Part shown: in pieces, positions 39,588 to 54,799 of the stretch
How positions within the stretch are numbered: the stretch's first letter is position 1
How the letters are laid out: each line of letters opens with the position of its first letter
Source: the human T2T-CHM13v2.0 reference genome, Homo sapiens
Reading direction: 5' to 3' (one strand)
DNA length: 64,000 nt
Assembly (NCBI RefSeq): GCF_009914755.1
Contig: NC_060929.1
Translations under genes and position numbers: made by a program
The notes under the pieces: model-generated
The model's database searches: none
What the model saw: the letters and a program-made list of their open reading frames with translations, nothing else
Told to the model about the DNA's origin: nothing

Positions 39588-41703
39588 TTATTTCCTTCCA
39601 TGCACTGTTGCAATCGGTAGTGGTTATTTACTTGTGGGTCGGGGACTGTTTCTGTCAGCCCCCGGAAAGGCACTTCCCTAAGAGGGACCATATCCCTGGG
39701 ACCACATCTGCCCAGTTCATTGTCTCCTTGCTGCCCAGATTGGAGCTGGGCAGGCACAAGCACTTAGTCAGCATGTGCTGAATGGATGAGGGCTGAAGAG
39801 GGCAAGAGCGCCTGGAGGCCATCACATCTTCGGAGCCCTCTGCACTTGACTTCTTGTACTAGGTTTGTGCTGTGGCTGCCACAGCCTCTGGAGATGGACT
39901 GTACGGCCTGCAGCAAGCTGGGCATCCAACAGTGATGGATGTGACAGAGGGGTTGGTCCAGGCCAGCCAGGGGTTCCTGCTTAGAAAGCGAGCTGGCTGC
40001 AGGGCTTCCAGGTGACCATATGGTGGTGTCCCGAGGTCCAGCCCTTCTGCGCACGGCCTTCAAACATGTGTTCCAAGCATAGGATGGTTCTACTGACTTT
40101 GCTGTCAGGAATGTGGGAGCAATTCAGTAAAAGCCAGATGACCTGGGAAATACGTGAAAGCATCTGATGAAGTAGAGGGTTTGATGATTCTGTGGCCTCT
40201 TAGGCTGAATGGATGTGGCCCAAGAGAGTTCCTCAAACTGGGAACCTTGCCCATTCACATCTCGGGGTTAGGAGCAGGTGGGCAAGCTGCTTGCTGTGTT
40301 ACCAGGTAAGCAGAGGTGCGTGGTGATCTTGAGAGTCCCCGATGCCCACCTTAAGCTCTTAGCCTCTCTGGGAACAATCATGTCTCCAGTGTTTCCCAAA
40401 GGGTGTGTCCAGCCTTCCTGAAATGCAAATGGGGAGGAGTCTTTCCCATAGCCTGGCAGGGGCCAGGCCTACACACCAGGAGGTGAGGGCTGGCTTCAGT
40501 GGCCTGAGGCTGCCAGGGTCACTGTCCCTGCTCACAGCCCCACACCTGCTCCTCTCTGTTGCCCCTGGACTCCCAACTTCCCCTCTGCCTGTGACTTGCT
40601 CTCCCTAGTCCTGATTGAGCCTCTCTTCCTCTCCCATTCAGCTAGCTCAGGTAAGATGCTGCACCCTGGCTCCCAGCTCTCAGAAGCATGAACCCATCCC
40701 CAGAATAAAGACAACAACCTTCAGGGACTTTTCCCTAAAGGAGCAGAATGGGCCAGGCTAGTCTCGAACTCCTGACCTCAAGCGATTTGCCCGCCTTGGC
40801 CTCCCAAAGTGCTGGGATTACAAAGTGAGCCACTGTGCCTAGCCTGAGTCAGTTTTTTAAAATAAAGAAAACTTGTGGATTTCATCAAATGCTTTATCTG
40901 CATTTACTGAGACGATCATGTGGTTTCATCTCTTATTCAATAATATGATGTACTGCATTGATTGATTTTGGATATTAAACCAACATTGAATTTTTGGGTT
41001 AAATCCCACTTGGTTTATAATCCTTTTGCTGGATTCCTTTGCTTGTATTGTTGAGGACTTTTATGTCTGTGTTCATAAAAGACATTGGTCTATAGTTTCT
41101 TTTTTTGTGATGTCTTTGTCTAGTTTTGGTATCAGAGATAATCTTGCTTCAGAATGAGTTGAGAAGTGTTCTTGCCATTTCTATTTTTTAAAGGGTTTGT
41201 GAAAGATTGTTATTAATTCTTCTTTAAGTGTTTGTTAGAATTCATCAGTGAAGCCATCCGATTCTGGGCTTTTCTTTGTAAGAAGTTTTTTGATCACTGA
41301 TTGAATCTTTCTCTTTGTTACACGTCTATTCAGATTTTTGACTTCTTGAATCAGTTTTGGCAGTTGTGTCTTTCTAGGAATGTGTCCATTTCACCTATGT
41401 TATCTAATTTGTAGGCATACAATTGTTACTAGTGTTTCCTTTTAATCCTTTTCATTTTTTTAAGGTTGCTAGTGATGTACCTTCCTTTCAGCCCTGATTT
41501 TGGTAATTTGAGACTCCAGTGTTTTTCTTGGTCAGTCTAGTTAAAGGTTTGTCAGTTTTGTTGATCTCCTCAAAGAATCAACTTTTGGTTTTGTTGATTT
41601 TCTCTACTGTTTTTCTATTTTCCATTTCATTTCTTTCTACCCTGATTTTATGATTTTTTTTTCTTTTGCTTGCTTTGGGTTAAGTTTGCTCTTATTTTTC
41701 TAG

Positions 41704-42941
<1,238 letters not shown>

Positions 42942-43761
42942 TGAGCTTCTTAGATGTGTAGATTAATGGTTTTCTTCAAAATTGAGAAGATTTGGCCATT
43001 TTTTTCAAATATTCCTTTGTTTCTTTCTCTCTCTTCTCTGCTTCTGGGACTACCATTATGTGTATGTTGGGACACTCGATAGTGTCTTTGAGGCTCTGTT
43101 CATTTTCCTTCATTCTTTTCTCCTTCTGTTCCTTAGGCTGGATGATATCAATTGACCTATGTGCAAGTTTGCTGATTCTTTCTTCTGTCGGCCCAAATCT
43201 ACTGTCGAAGCCCTCTACTGAATTTTTCATTTCAGTTATGGTACTTTGCACCTCCAGAATTTTTATTTGGTTCTTTAAAAAATACTTTTGATCTGTTTAT
43301 TGATATTCTCCATTTAGAGGGACATGATTCTCATGCTTTCCTTTATTTCTTCAAACATGGTTTCCTTTAGTTTTTTGAACATATTTATAATAACCAATAC
43401 TACATCTCTAGCAAGTACATCTGGGTTTCCTCAGGGATAGTTTCTATTGACTGTACTTTTTCCTTTTTTACTGCCCTACTTTCCTGTCTTCTAATTTTTT
43501 GCTAAAAATTGGACATCTAAACTAATCTAATGTGGCTACTCTGGAAATCAGATCCCTCTTCTCCTTTCCAGGATTTGTTGTTGTTGCTGTTTATTGTTGT
43601 TGCTCTCCGTTGAGGGCCTTTCCTGGACTAATTCTTTAAAGTGTGTCTTTTTTGTCATGTGCAGCTACTGACTTCTCTGCTTGTTTAGCTTAGTGGTCAG
43701 GTTAGACAGAGATTTCCTTGAATGCCTTGATCCAACGTCTCCCACTCTGTGCTGGCGGGCT

Positions 43762-44442
43762 GTGTGTGCTGGAGCACAGCTTCAATCCACCTCTGTGTGC
43801 GCCGGAGCACGGCTTCAATGCTGCACCTGTGTGTGCGCCGGAGCACAGCTTCAATGCTGCACCTCGCGCAGCACAGCTTCAATCCACCTCTGTGTGCGCC
43901 GCAGCACAGCTTCAATTCACCTCTGTGTGCGCCGAAGCACGGCTTCAATGCTGCACCTCTGTGTGTGCCGCTCTGTGTGTGCCGGAGCACAGCTTCAATG
44001 CTGCACCTCTGTGTGCGCCGGAGCACGGCTTCAATCCACCTCTGTGTGCGCCGGAGCACGGCTTCAATCCACCTCTGTGTGCGCCGGAGCACGGCTTCAA
44101 TCCACCTCTGTGTGCGCCGGAGCACGGCTTCAATCCACCTCTGTGTGCGCCGGAGCACGGCTTCAATCCACCTCTGTGTGCGCCGGAGCACGGCGTCAAT
44201 CCACCTGTGTGTGCGCCGGAGCACGGCTTCAATCCACCTGTGTGTGCGCCGGAGCACGGCTTCAATCCACCTGTGTGTGCGCCGGAGCACGGCTTCAATC
44301 CACCTGTGTGTGCGCCGGAGCACGGCTTCAATCCACCTGTGTGTGCGCCGGAGCACGGCTTCAATCCACCTGTGTGTGTGCTGGAGCACGGCTTCAATGC
44401 TGCACCTGTGTGTGTGCTGGAGCACGGCTTCGATGCTCCACC
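43762..44442. repeat. CpG-rich VNTR, 33-bp unit (with 36-bp variants), about 20 copies
   Basis: Unit gccggagcacggcttcaatccacct(c/g)tgtgtgc; the overlapping ORFs show 11-aa periodicity. Confidence 0.97.
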
Positions 44443-44922
44443 ACATTACAACTCTGCCTTTGTCTTCATTTCCTGCTTGAACAATCTCAAGGTCAGCCAG
44501 AGGTGAGAGACTGGGGCTCCAAGACAGGTTTTTAATGGACATGTACATAGCTGATGTGCCTTCCAGATACCCTAGAATAAGCTGGAGCTTTTCAAAGCTC
44601 CTTTGAACATCTCATTCCCTATATTTTTATTGTAAGTTTTCAAGTCATCCACTGGTGTTATCACCTCAAGCAGCTTCAATGTTCAACAATTGCTGCTGAT
44701 TATTTTTGTTAAGCATCCTGGGGACAGGGCTCTTTGTTCTAAGCAAGCTGTGCATAGGTCACTTAAAGACAAGCCTTGGGTATGGTGCTTTTCCATGGAG
44801 CTGCCAGACAAGTCAAATAGTGACAGTTCTCTGGGGATGAGCATTTGCAAGCTTCAAACCTGTTCTGCTTCCTCCAAGTGGCTGCTAGTTTTCACAAACA
44901 AGTACTGTGGTTGTGACACTGC

Positions 44923-45215
44923 TGTTTGTTTGTTTGTTTTTTCCTGACAGAGTCTAGCTCTGTTGCCCAGGCTGGAGTGCAGTGGTGCAGTCTCAGCTCA
45001 CTGCAACCTCTGCCTCCTGGGTTCAAGCGATTCTTGTGCCTCAACCTCTGAGTAGCTGGGACTACAGGTATGCACCACCATGCCTGGCTAATTTTTGTAT
45101 TTTTAGTAGAGATGGGGTTTCACCATGTTGGCCAGGCTGGTCTCAAACTCCTGGCCTCAAGCAATCTACCTGCCTCGGCCTCCCAAAGTGCTGGGATTAC
45201 ATGTGTGTGCCATGC
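44923..45215 (-). mobile_element. AluS/J
   Basis: Antisense Alu with a (GTTT)n tail. Confidence 0.88.
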
Positions 45216-46129
45216 ATGGTTTTTAAAGCTGGTTTTTAAGGCTACCATGAGCTTGAGAGAGGAGAAAATTAAAATGCTACAAATCTTACTGTTCTTGTTA
45301 AGAGCAAAATTCAGATATTTCCTGAATAAACATTTCTTGGGCTGTGGCAAAACTTCTGTTCATTTCCAGAGTTCTGAAAAGGTCCGTCTTCCCCCTTGTT
45401 TTTGCTCCTTTATGGAGAAGATCTTTAGAAGTCCTCATTCCGCCATTCCAGAAGTGCTTCTTCCACTGGATTTTTAGAAAGAGTTTCTTGGGATCAGGGC
45501 AGATAAAAGACTCTAGCACAGACACTGTTGCCCGAAGGCTAGCAGCTGCGGAGACCCGGGAAGTGCCTCCGTTTGTCTCTGTAGGTTTGTGTAGGCACTG
45601 GCCAAGCAGTCTTCTGTGATCTTCATTTGCCCACAAGTGCCTCTTTCTCTCTCCCTTCTCTCCTCCTTCCCATCAATAAGCATTTATGGACCATCTCCTG
45701 AGTGGGGGCCTAACCTGCCCTGAGGAGCCCATGCTTTGGTGGAGAAGCAGGACAACTCTGCAGACCAGGCCAACACCTCAGGTGTGGGAAGCGCTGAGAT
45801 GGAGGGAGGTGTCCAGGGCTGCGAGAGAAGGGGAGAGTGATGGACACTCTTGGGGATAAGAGGGTCTGGGAGGAGAGAGGATCCTCCAAAGCCCTTAGAA
45901 AGAAAGATGACTCCAGAGTGCAGGCACAGTTCTGGGATTCTCCAGCTAAGAAGCCAGCCAGGGGAAGGTGGGAAATCCATCCCATTTCAGATAGAGACAT
46001 AGAAACACTGCAGGACTGTGGAGCTCCTGCTGGGAACTAGGGAGGCTACTGCACTGAAGGCAGGCAAGATCACCCTATCTGCAGGCCTGCAGCGGCCTCA
46101 GGGAGGAATCCCAGCCGGGCACTGCCCTA

Positions 46130-46461
<332 letters not shown>

Positions 46462-47409
46462 TTTCTCCCAAGAGACACAGGAAAAAGGCCTCCGGCCTCC
46501 TTATACAAGGGAAGGCATGAAAGCCAGGATGTGCATATGTGTGTAACTATCTAGAAATAAACTCAAGGCCCAGACAAGGCCCATCAGAGAGGCACGTCTG
46601 TTCTGTGTAGCTCACTTTGTTTTTGGATAGGCAGACAATCGGGACACCACACTGGAAAAACAATGAGGGGGAGGGATCCTGCCCACCCCTTGGCCAGCAG
46701 CTGGCCTCTGGCAAGGTACTGTACCCCTTGGAGCCTCAGTTTCCTCATCAGCAAGTGGGTATAATAACATATTCTTATCTTGCAGTGTCTGAGGATCGCA
46801 TGAGATAAAGGACTTGAAAGAGCCCAGCACGGGGCCACGGACCCAGTGAGTCTATCTTTCCTTGACTTTGAGGTTGTTTTAAACTTGAGTCATAAGTTAA
46901 ATGGATTTTGGAGTAAGCTGAATAATATCATACTTTGTCCTAAAAAAATGACTCTGTGTTCCTCATCTCCTTCCAAAAAGCATGTCAGGAACTTATAATA
47001 AAAGGCAATAAAACCCTTTACGAGGGTAGAAAATAAGAGCTGAGTAATAAAGTGTGTATTTGGCAGGGTCTCGGGTGATTACACACAGAAGCCAGGCTAA
47101 AGGAAGCTCCAGCCATTGAACTCAAAACAGGCTTCAGCTTCCAGAAGTCAAGGCAGAGAGAGAAATGAAGGGTGCTTCTTGCCGGTGAGCGCTAAGGAGT
47201 GTATCTGGAGGGTCTCTGCGTAAGGAACTCGACACTGCAAACCCAGTGGAACAAGGAGGCAGAAAGCCTGCGCCCAGCTCCAGGGAGAAGAGTCTGAGGC
47301 CTGGAGAAAACGTGCCACTGCCTCCCCTTGGGCCCAGTGGCCCGGGGTCCTCTTGGTGGTGAGCCAGCCTGGCTTCGTCACCATGGCCACCTTGTGAAGT
47401 TGCTTAGGG

Positions 47410-48400
47410 GCTGGGCATTCATTCGTTCGCTGTTCTGTGCATTTACATGCCTGGGGGCTGCCCGTGCTGAGTGTGGGGCGATACCTCTTGGACAAAACCA
47501 TTAGAGGTTTTTTTGGAGGAGATGCTTGAGCTAGGCTTGAAGGACAAAGGGTAATGATCTTGGGGTGGGAGTCCAGGTAGAGGAGGAGATGTTCTGGGTG
47601 TGGGAAGACATAAGAGTGAAGGCTCAGAAGGTGGAGAGCCCTGGACATCCATGGTGAGGCTGGAGGTGGGGACATGGCGTGGGGGGTGATGAGAGCTGCA
47701 GGAGGTCACGGCAGTGAGAAGAGAGAAGAGGACATGGGTCCGAGACATGGAGAAGGAGGCTCATGGGGACTTGGCGTGGGCAGGGAAGGGATCGAGGATG
47801 CAGCCAGGTGTCTACACAGGGAAGCAGGTGGCTAGATGCCTCCTCCCTGTGACGGGGAAGCCCAGGGAAGAAAGCTGGGGGAGATGCTGGCTTCGGCAGG
47901 GCAACGTCCAACCTCGGGGACCCGGAGGAGAGGATGTGGCTGGAGGCAGGGAGAGGACATGGTCAGTGTCACAGGAGTGGGAGACTGTGGGAGAGAGGAG
48001 AGGAGACGACCAAGGGAGATTCATTCACGGGGCAGGTGGGTCCCGTGAGAATGGCAAAGGAGCCCGGGTCACAGATGAGGGAGGAAGCGCAGGGAGGAAG
48101 CGCAGCCCAGACAGCCGGGACTGCCCAGCATGGGGGAGTGGCCAAGGGTGGGGGTCAAGAAAGAGAAAGACAGCAAAGCATCCAGTGTGGCCATCAGAGG
48201 TCAGCATGACTTTAGCTAAGACGATGTCAGAGGGGCTTAGGGAAGAGTCCCTAAGCGAAGGGGGCAATCTGCTGGGGACTGGGTAGGGGGAGTTCTGGGT
48301 GAAGCAGAGACAGCAGGAAGGAAGGGTGGTGAATACAGGTGCCTCTGTGGGCTGCAGGGAAGGGAGGTGGGGGAGTCTCCTCCTGGCGGCTCTGCCAAGG
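47410..48400 (-). mobile_element. Decayed L2 fragment
   Basis: cattcattcgttcgc (L2 3' end), gagatgcttgagctaggcttgaagga, purine-rich plus strand. Confidence 0.65.
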
Positions 48401-48801
48401 AAGGACAGGCCACGTCTGGGGAGGGATGAAACCCACAGGAGAATCCGGTTGTGCTGAAGGACCCATGGGGGAGGGTGTGGCTGGCGGAGTCATCACCTTC
48501 TGCCTCAGAGAGAGGGGGCTGCTCTGGAGTGGGGGACTAGGGGCCAACAACGAGGTTCGGGGGATGACTGGGGGCAGAGGGGACAGTCCTGGAATTGTGA
48601 ATGCCAAGAAGCCCGGGAAAGGCACTACTGGGTGCTGCGGCCTCAGGAAACGGCAGCTGGACTTGGAAGGGGGAGGAGCACCTGCCCAGGACCAAGGCAT
48701 GACTCAGGGTGGGCAGCAGGTGGCCAGGCCCTGCAGTCAGAGCCTGGGGCCATGGTGGCTTCCAAGCCTTGGCTTAGGAGCTGAGAAAACCTGGGACTCA
48801 C

Positions 48802-48846
48802 CAGGGTCGCCTCTTCTCCCAGGCTTGCCGCGCCGTCCAGGGGGCC
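48802..48846 (-). CDS. COL23A1: COL23A1 coding exon (probably exon 3), 45 nt, (G)PPGRRGKPGRRGDP(G), phase 1-1
   Basis: Minus strand reads ttttcctgtctag|GG CCC CCT GGA CGG CGC GGC AAG CCT GGG AGA AGA GGC GAC CCT G|gtgagt. The peptide matches the start of the first collagenous domain of collagen XXIII as I recall it. Confidence 0.95.
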
Positions 48847-49924
48847 CTAGACAGGAAAACAAGAATGCATTCATTGAGAAGGGAAGCCAGTGGACTTGGC
48901 TGCGTGGGGCATGCCCCAGCCACCCACCTGTCCGCTCGCAACAGCTTTCTGGGAGTGGCCTGCCCGAGGGGGTCTGCTGGCTGTGGAGGGGGAGATGCGT
49001 GGGGAGAAACCCCTTCCTTCTGCCACTACCTCGCCTGTTCCGCCAACCCCCCTCCCCAGGTGGCCGCATCCCTCATGCCCCACGCACCCATTCTGTCATT
49101 CAATCATCGGCTCACTCAGTCATTCCTAAGCCCTCCCCTAATCACAAAGATTCCCATGGGAGGCTCCTGAGGCAGATGCGTTTGCAGCTGAGAAACTTCA
49201 GACTTAGGAGGAAAGTAAGGGTGGGTTATCTTAGGAAAGACCCGACAAACGCTGCTTCATATTCACTAAAGTAAAACAACAAAGCCAACACAACAAAGAG
49301 GCCATCACGGCCGCGCAGTGCCGAAATCCACTCATGACAGGCACTACACGATCCGCCTGCAGTCTCCGCCACTCGCTGGGGCCTCCAGCTCCTCCTTCCC
49401 CAGAGCCAGGGAGCTGCTCAGCCGCCTTCTGGGCTTCCTGTCCACGTCTGTCCTCCATCCGCGCGCTATAAGCCCTTCTGAATTTACGGTGCAGAACCCC
49501 CTACCTCCGCCTCTGGCCCTCTGCCCACATCAGACCCTGAGACCAGAGTAACCTCAGCGCTGAAGGAGACGCTTTGACTCTGGCCGTGGGAGCAGAGGTC
49601 TGAGGCCTCCCTCTCCCTCCCCTCACCTCTGTGGCGCTCACTGCCATCCTTCCTGGCGCCCCTTCTCGCCCCTGTTTCAGTGAAGTTGGGTGCAGGTACA
49701 AGATTGCAATGTGTAAATGGCATTTGATACGTCTTGCTCACCCACTGTATGCCAGGATCTGGGCTGGGCCTGGAGGCGACAGTGGGACAGGTTGTGACCC
49801 TATGACAAGGCACTGCCCTTTCCTGCAAAAGCCAACCTCAAACCCCGTCAAGAATTTCCAGAACAACCACGAAGGAGATGCAGGAGACTGGCCCCGATCG
49901 CGTCTGTGGCAGGATGGAAAAATG

Positions 49925-50070
49925 AGTGTGGGTGTCTGTGTGTGTCTGTTTGCATGTGTCTGTGTGTGTCTCTATGTATGTGTGTTTGTGTGCATGTGTG
50001 TGTCTGTGTTTTTGTGTCTGTGTTTCTGTGTGTGTGTCTGTGTATGTATGTTTGTGTCTGTGTGTCCTGT
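49925..50070 (+). repeat. Imperfect (TG)n/(TGTC)n tract
   Basis: Directly visible. Confidence 0.92.
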
Positions 50071-53000
50071 GGGAGGTGCTTCTCGACTTTTGTTAAGGGA
50101 AGGGGAGGAGGGAGGGCCAGTCTCTGAGAAACAGCGAGAGAGAAGAGATCCCTTCAGGTGGAGAGGGGCCCTCAGTGCTACACGACACGTCAAAAGATTT
50201 GCAGGCCCAGGGGTGAGGCGAGAATGAATTTCTTGCCAGCCTCAGGGACAGGGGACTTGAGGTGAGGATTGTTAAACAAAACTTAAAAATGAAAAACATG
50301 TTACTTCTTGCTCCCCTGAGTTTTAAGGGCAAAAGTGCATGCCAGGGACGTAGCCCTTGGTTTTCTCCCATCCTGGACACAGACCCTGAATTTGGGGTTT
50401 ATGCTGGAATTGCCAGGGGCTGTGTTGAGCTGGTGAGGCTAGGACTCTGGGACCCTCAGAACAGACAACAGCTCCTCATACTGTGTGGGTTTACAGCTTA
50501 TGAGGCACCTCCAGGCCCATGCTCCTGGCCGAGGCCTGCGACACCCACACTGTCCGGCCAATTACCTTCCTATCTCCACGTGCTTGTCCCACCAGCATCT
50601 CAGACCAGTTGTGGCCCAAACACCTGCCTTGGTCTCCTCCCCAGTGCCCTGTGCGGGGCTGATGGTGCCTGGGAACCTCCAGAGCCAGTCACACCGGATG
50701 ACCGGCCCTGGTTATTAACTAAGCCCCAGGTTTGGGGGGCAGGTCAGCACTCTCGGGGGGGCTTTCCTCCTCTCTGGGCCTGTTTTCAATGAGAGCGAGG
50801 TACGGGAACGGGAGCCCCCCGGCACACGCAGCACCATGTTCCTCGGGCTGTAGGAGGAAGAAGGCCCAGTGGCCACCCACAAAGCTTCGGGGCTCTTGCC
50901 AGGCCTCAGGTTGTGCTCGGCCCAGCGAAGCAGTAGGCCCCGGGCCCCAGGCAGAGTGAGGGGGCATGGCAGGAAAGGGGCCAGGAGTGGGGGAAGTAGC
51001 CAGACTCTGCTAGATCCGAAGCAATGCAGCACTGTGCTTTCCTGATGGGAATCACTGGGTACGACTAGGAAGTTCTCCGTCTGGGTAACTGAAGCCAGAT
51101 GAAGACATCTGCCTGTGTTGGGGCAGCTGAACTAACGGATTTGTCTGGTGGCTCTCCTGGGTGGCATGGTTAGGCAGAGGCTGATGGGGAGGGATGCTGG
51201 CAGGGTGGGCAGCTGCCCAGGCAGGGTAGGGTGCCTGCCTCCCAGGGTCACTGGGCGATGCCCCCTGCAGGCCTGGAGCTGGGCAGGACTGGGGTGTTGC
51301 TGAGCATACAGGGCCTGTGAGCCGCAGGCCAGGCAGGCTGGATGTGACCCCGACTGAATAGGGCCCTCGTGGAGGGAGAGAATGAAGCTGGTCATGCACA
51401 CTCCTGAGGGCTGATCCTAACCAGGCACGGTGCTGGGGGCGCCATGTGACCGACTTGCAGATGGACAAGCGGTCTACCCTTTATTCTGAGCTCTGTACCT
51501 AAATGTCCAACTCCACTGGGAGGCACCACTTCCAAACTCAAGCTCACCTCCCGACTTCCCACGCACCCCCTGCCTCCCTTGTTACTTACCTGCAGGTCCC
51601 AGCAGCACCCAAGCAGTCAAGCCAGAGACCCCCCCTGGGCATCATCCTGCCCCAGCCCCCAACCTGGACCCCTTCCTTCTCAGCATCAGGCGAACGCTGC
51701 CCCTGCACTCAGTCCCCCACTCTGCCACTCGCTCTGCTGTGCTCGATTCTCCCTCCTGGCACAAAGGACCTCCTGCAGTATGTACTCTGCATCTCAGGCA
51801 GCTCTGTGTCCCCAACTCCCACTGCAGGACACGACCAAGTGATGTGTGTTCAGGGGAGGAAGGGGTGGGGGAGAGGGAGGGAGGGAGAAGGGGACAGGCA
51901 GGGAGGCCTCAGGTCTCCTCACTGCTTCTGGGATTCTCCTGAAAAGACTGCAAGTCCAGCAAGCTCCAGGGCTTAGGAGAGACACAGGGCCACCTGGTCT
52001 GATGTGACGTGCCAGTGAGATAGGGAGTGCCTTCCACCCTTCCTTTCCCGGACTGCGAGAAGACAGGCGGTGAGGCCCTGGGAGAGGGCGAGTGTGCCGG
52101 AGCTGCACTCCCTGCTGACTGTGGGCTCCCACTCCACTGCTTCCACCAACAGAGAGGCCAGGCGGGCTTGGAGACTGGATTGCAGGAGCCGCAGGAGTGG
52201 GGGCAGGACGGACGGCCTCTCCTGAGTCTCTGGACTATCAGGTGCCGAGAGCCCACCATGGGCAGTGACCTGGGTTCAACATCTACTGGGTGCCAAGCCG
52301 GCTGCTCACCCAGTGAGCATGAACTTGGGACCCTTTTCCTCCAGGACTCCCTGTGCCCGCCCCGCAGGCTCACCTTCTGCCTCGCCAGTCCTCTGAAGAA
52401 GGTGCTAGTGTTCCCTGCACAGATGAGAACTCTGGGGCTAAGCCAGGTGAAGGGGCCCACCTAAGGCTGTGTTGCTAGAGCCTCCTGGAGCCCTTCATAG
52501 TCTGTGGCTCCCAAGTGCAAGGACAGTTGTGTCCCATATGCTGAGCTACCGGGCAGGCGGCCTTGGCGACCAGGGAGGCTGTTCCTCTGGGGATGTGGTC
52601 CCTTTGCTGGGGCTGGCTGTGCCCCAGGGCATCTGGGCCTGGTGTGGAGCAGGTTGCCCCGGCCCCTGGGAGAGCAGGGCCAGCTTGGCTGCAGCTAAGA
52701 CCTGGCTCCAACAAGCAAAACCAGGCCTTTGGCCAGGTGGTTGGCCTCAGAGTTTTTGCTTGTTTCTTGTTTTTCTTCTTTCTACAAGCAGAAGAACCTT
52801 TCCTGCTGCTGCCTGAGACTCAGACACTCAGGAAGGCACTGGGAGTCTGTCTTGATTGATCTGCTCATGTGGAGAAGGGGAAACTGAGGCTGCAAGGGAT
52901 AGGACAGGTCTTGCCCACGGATGCTGCTGGAAAACTTGTCCCAGCTAGAGGGTCTAGCGCTGAAGACCACCTTGGGCTGGGAGAAGGCCACTGTCCCCCA

Positions 53001-53373
53001 CTCTGCATGGGACCCACACGGCTCTGAGCTAGGGGCTGGCTGCTGGGGAACGACAGTATTTCACCGTGGGTGCCACCACAGTGGCATCTGCAAAACTTCT
53101 TTTCAGAGGCTGGGGCGAGGGGTATGCCAGAGCAGGAGGGGAAGAACCTGACTGGTGGGGAAGCTGTGTCTTCTGAGCAACTTACTCAACCTCATTGAAC
53201 CTTAGAGTTTCCAACTCGGGAGGATAGAGGTTTGGGAGTGGTGGCAACTAGACCTGCCTTGCGGAATCATGAACCAGATGAGCTGGCAGCAGACACACCA
53301 GCCTGGGGTACAAAAGGGGTGCTTCTTTGGGACCCCAAGAAATAACTGGCTGCAGGGGCCTCTGGGCCATCAC

Positions 53374-53481
53374 AATGCGGGGCTTTAATGTAAGTGGGTT
53401 CTTTCCTCTGTGTGTGTGTGTGTGTGTGTGTGTAATGCGGGGCTTTAATGTAAGTGGGTTCTTTCGTGTGTGTGTGTGTGT
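53374..53481. repeat. Tandem duplication: 32 identical bp plus (TG)n, 60-bp period
   Basis: aatgcggggctttaatgtaagtgggttctttc at 53374 and 53434. Confidence 0.93.
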
Positions 53482-53925
<444 letters not shown>

Positions 53926-54799
53926 TAACTGGTTCTTATGAGTCCCCAGGTGGGTGAAGCTGGAGACACAGTGACTGCACCTCAGCAACACTGCAGGCAG
54001 GTTCGAGGTGCCGAGACGCCGACGGAGCCCTTGACTGCACTTTGAGCAAAGTGCAAGGGCAGCCCCGTGGGAAGCCGGGAGCTTTTCCGTGTCCCTAATC
54101 ACTGCCTGTCTGTGAACCTCGGGATGAGAATGCAGAGGCTGAGCTCTCTGGGAATGAAGTTTCTCAATGAAATTTCAGGGTGCCAGGTCTAGCACAGGCC
54201 AGCCAGGGCTCCAGCTCGTTGCCCAATGACTCTGGACGTCTGAGAGCAGCATCAGCACAGTAAACAACTCCAGGGAGGCCTACGGCTTTCTCAGCACTGT
54301 TGGAGGCCAGACAAAAGGAAACCATTTCTAACTCATAAAAATCTCATCTCTGGTTGGGGTGGAGAACTCACGCCGCTGATCAACTCCAAAGGGGGGCCTC
54401 GAACCCCAACAGGCTTCCTCTGAGGCCTGAGCTGCAAGGATTTGGCTCTCTAAGTGGCTCCCCCCGCCCAGCCCTCCCGGCACCTCCCTCCCCAAGGACG
54501 TCCCCTCTAGCAATGCCTGTCTTATCAAGGTCCCTTCACAAACCTGCAGCCACCCCACCTCAGCCGCACTGGGGACAGCCTGCCCAGGCCTCTCCCTCTC
54601 ACCCTACTGGCCTGGCTGCTTCCTGTGGGCTCCTGACTGGTTGCTCCGCCCTCAGCCCAACCCTGGTCCTCCCTTCAGCCAGCCCCTGAGGACAGGGGGT
54701 TCATGGAATCCACACAACAGTCTGTGAAGTGCTTTCATTTCTCTCTACTCTTTTCTTCCTATAGATCAGGGGAACTGAGCCCCACAGAAGTCAAGAATT

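Noticed and set aside
42976-43251. 91-aa coiled-coil ORF
   Set aside because: It is a decayed L1 ORF1p remnant, not a host gene.
43681-44548. Five overlapping 150-284 aa ORFs, and a superficially CRISPR-like array
   Set aside because: They arise from a 33-bp tandem unit that is a multiple of 3. There are no unique spacers and no cas genes, and the context is a primate intron.
48339-49274. 311-aa plus-strand ORF
   Set aside because: It has a non-ATG start, lies in GC-rich low-complexity sequence antisense to a real exon, and shows no recognisable domain.
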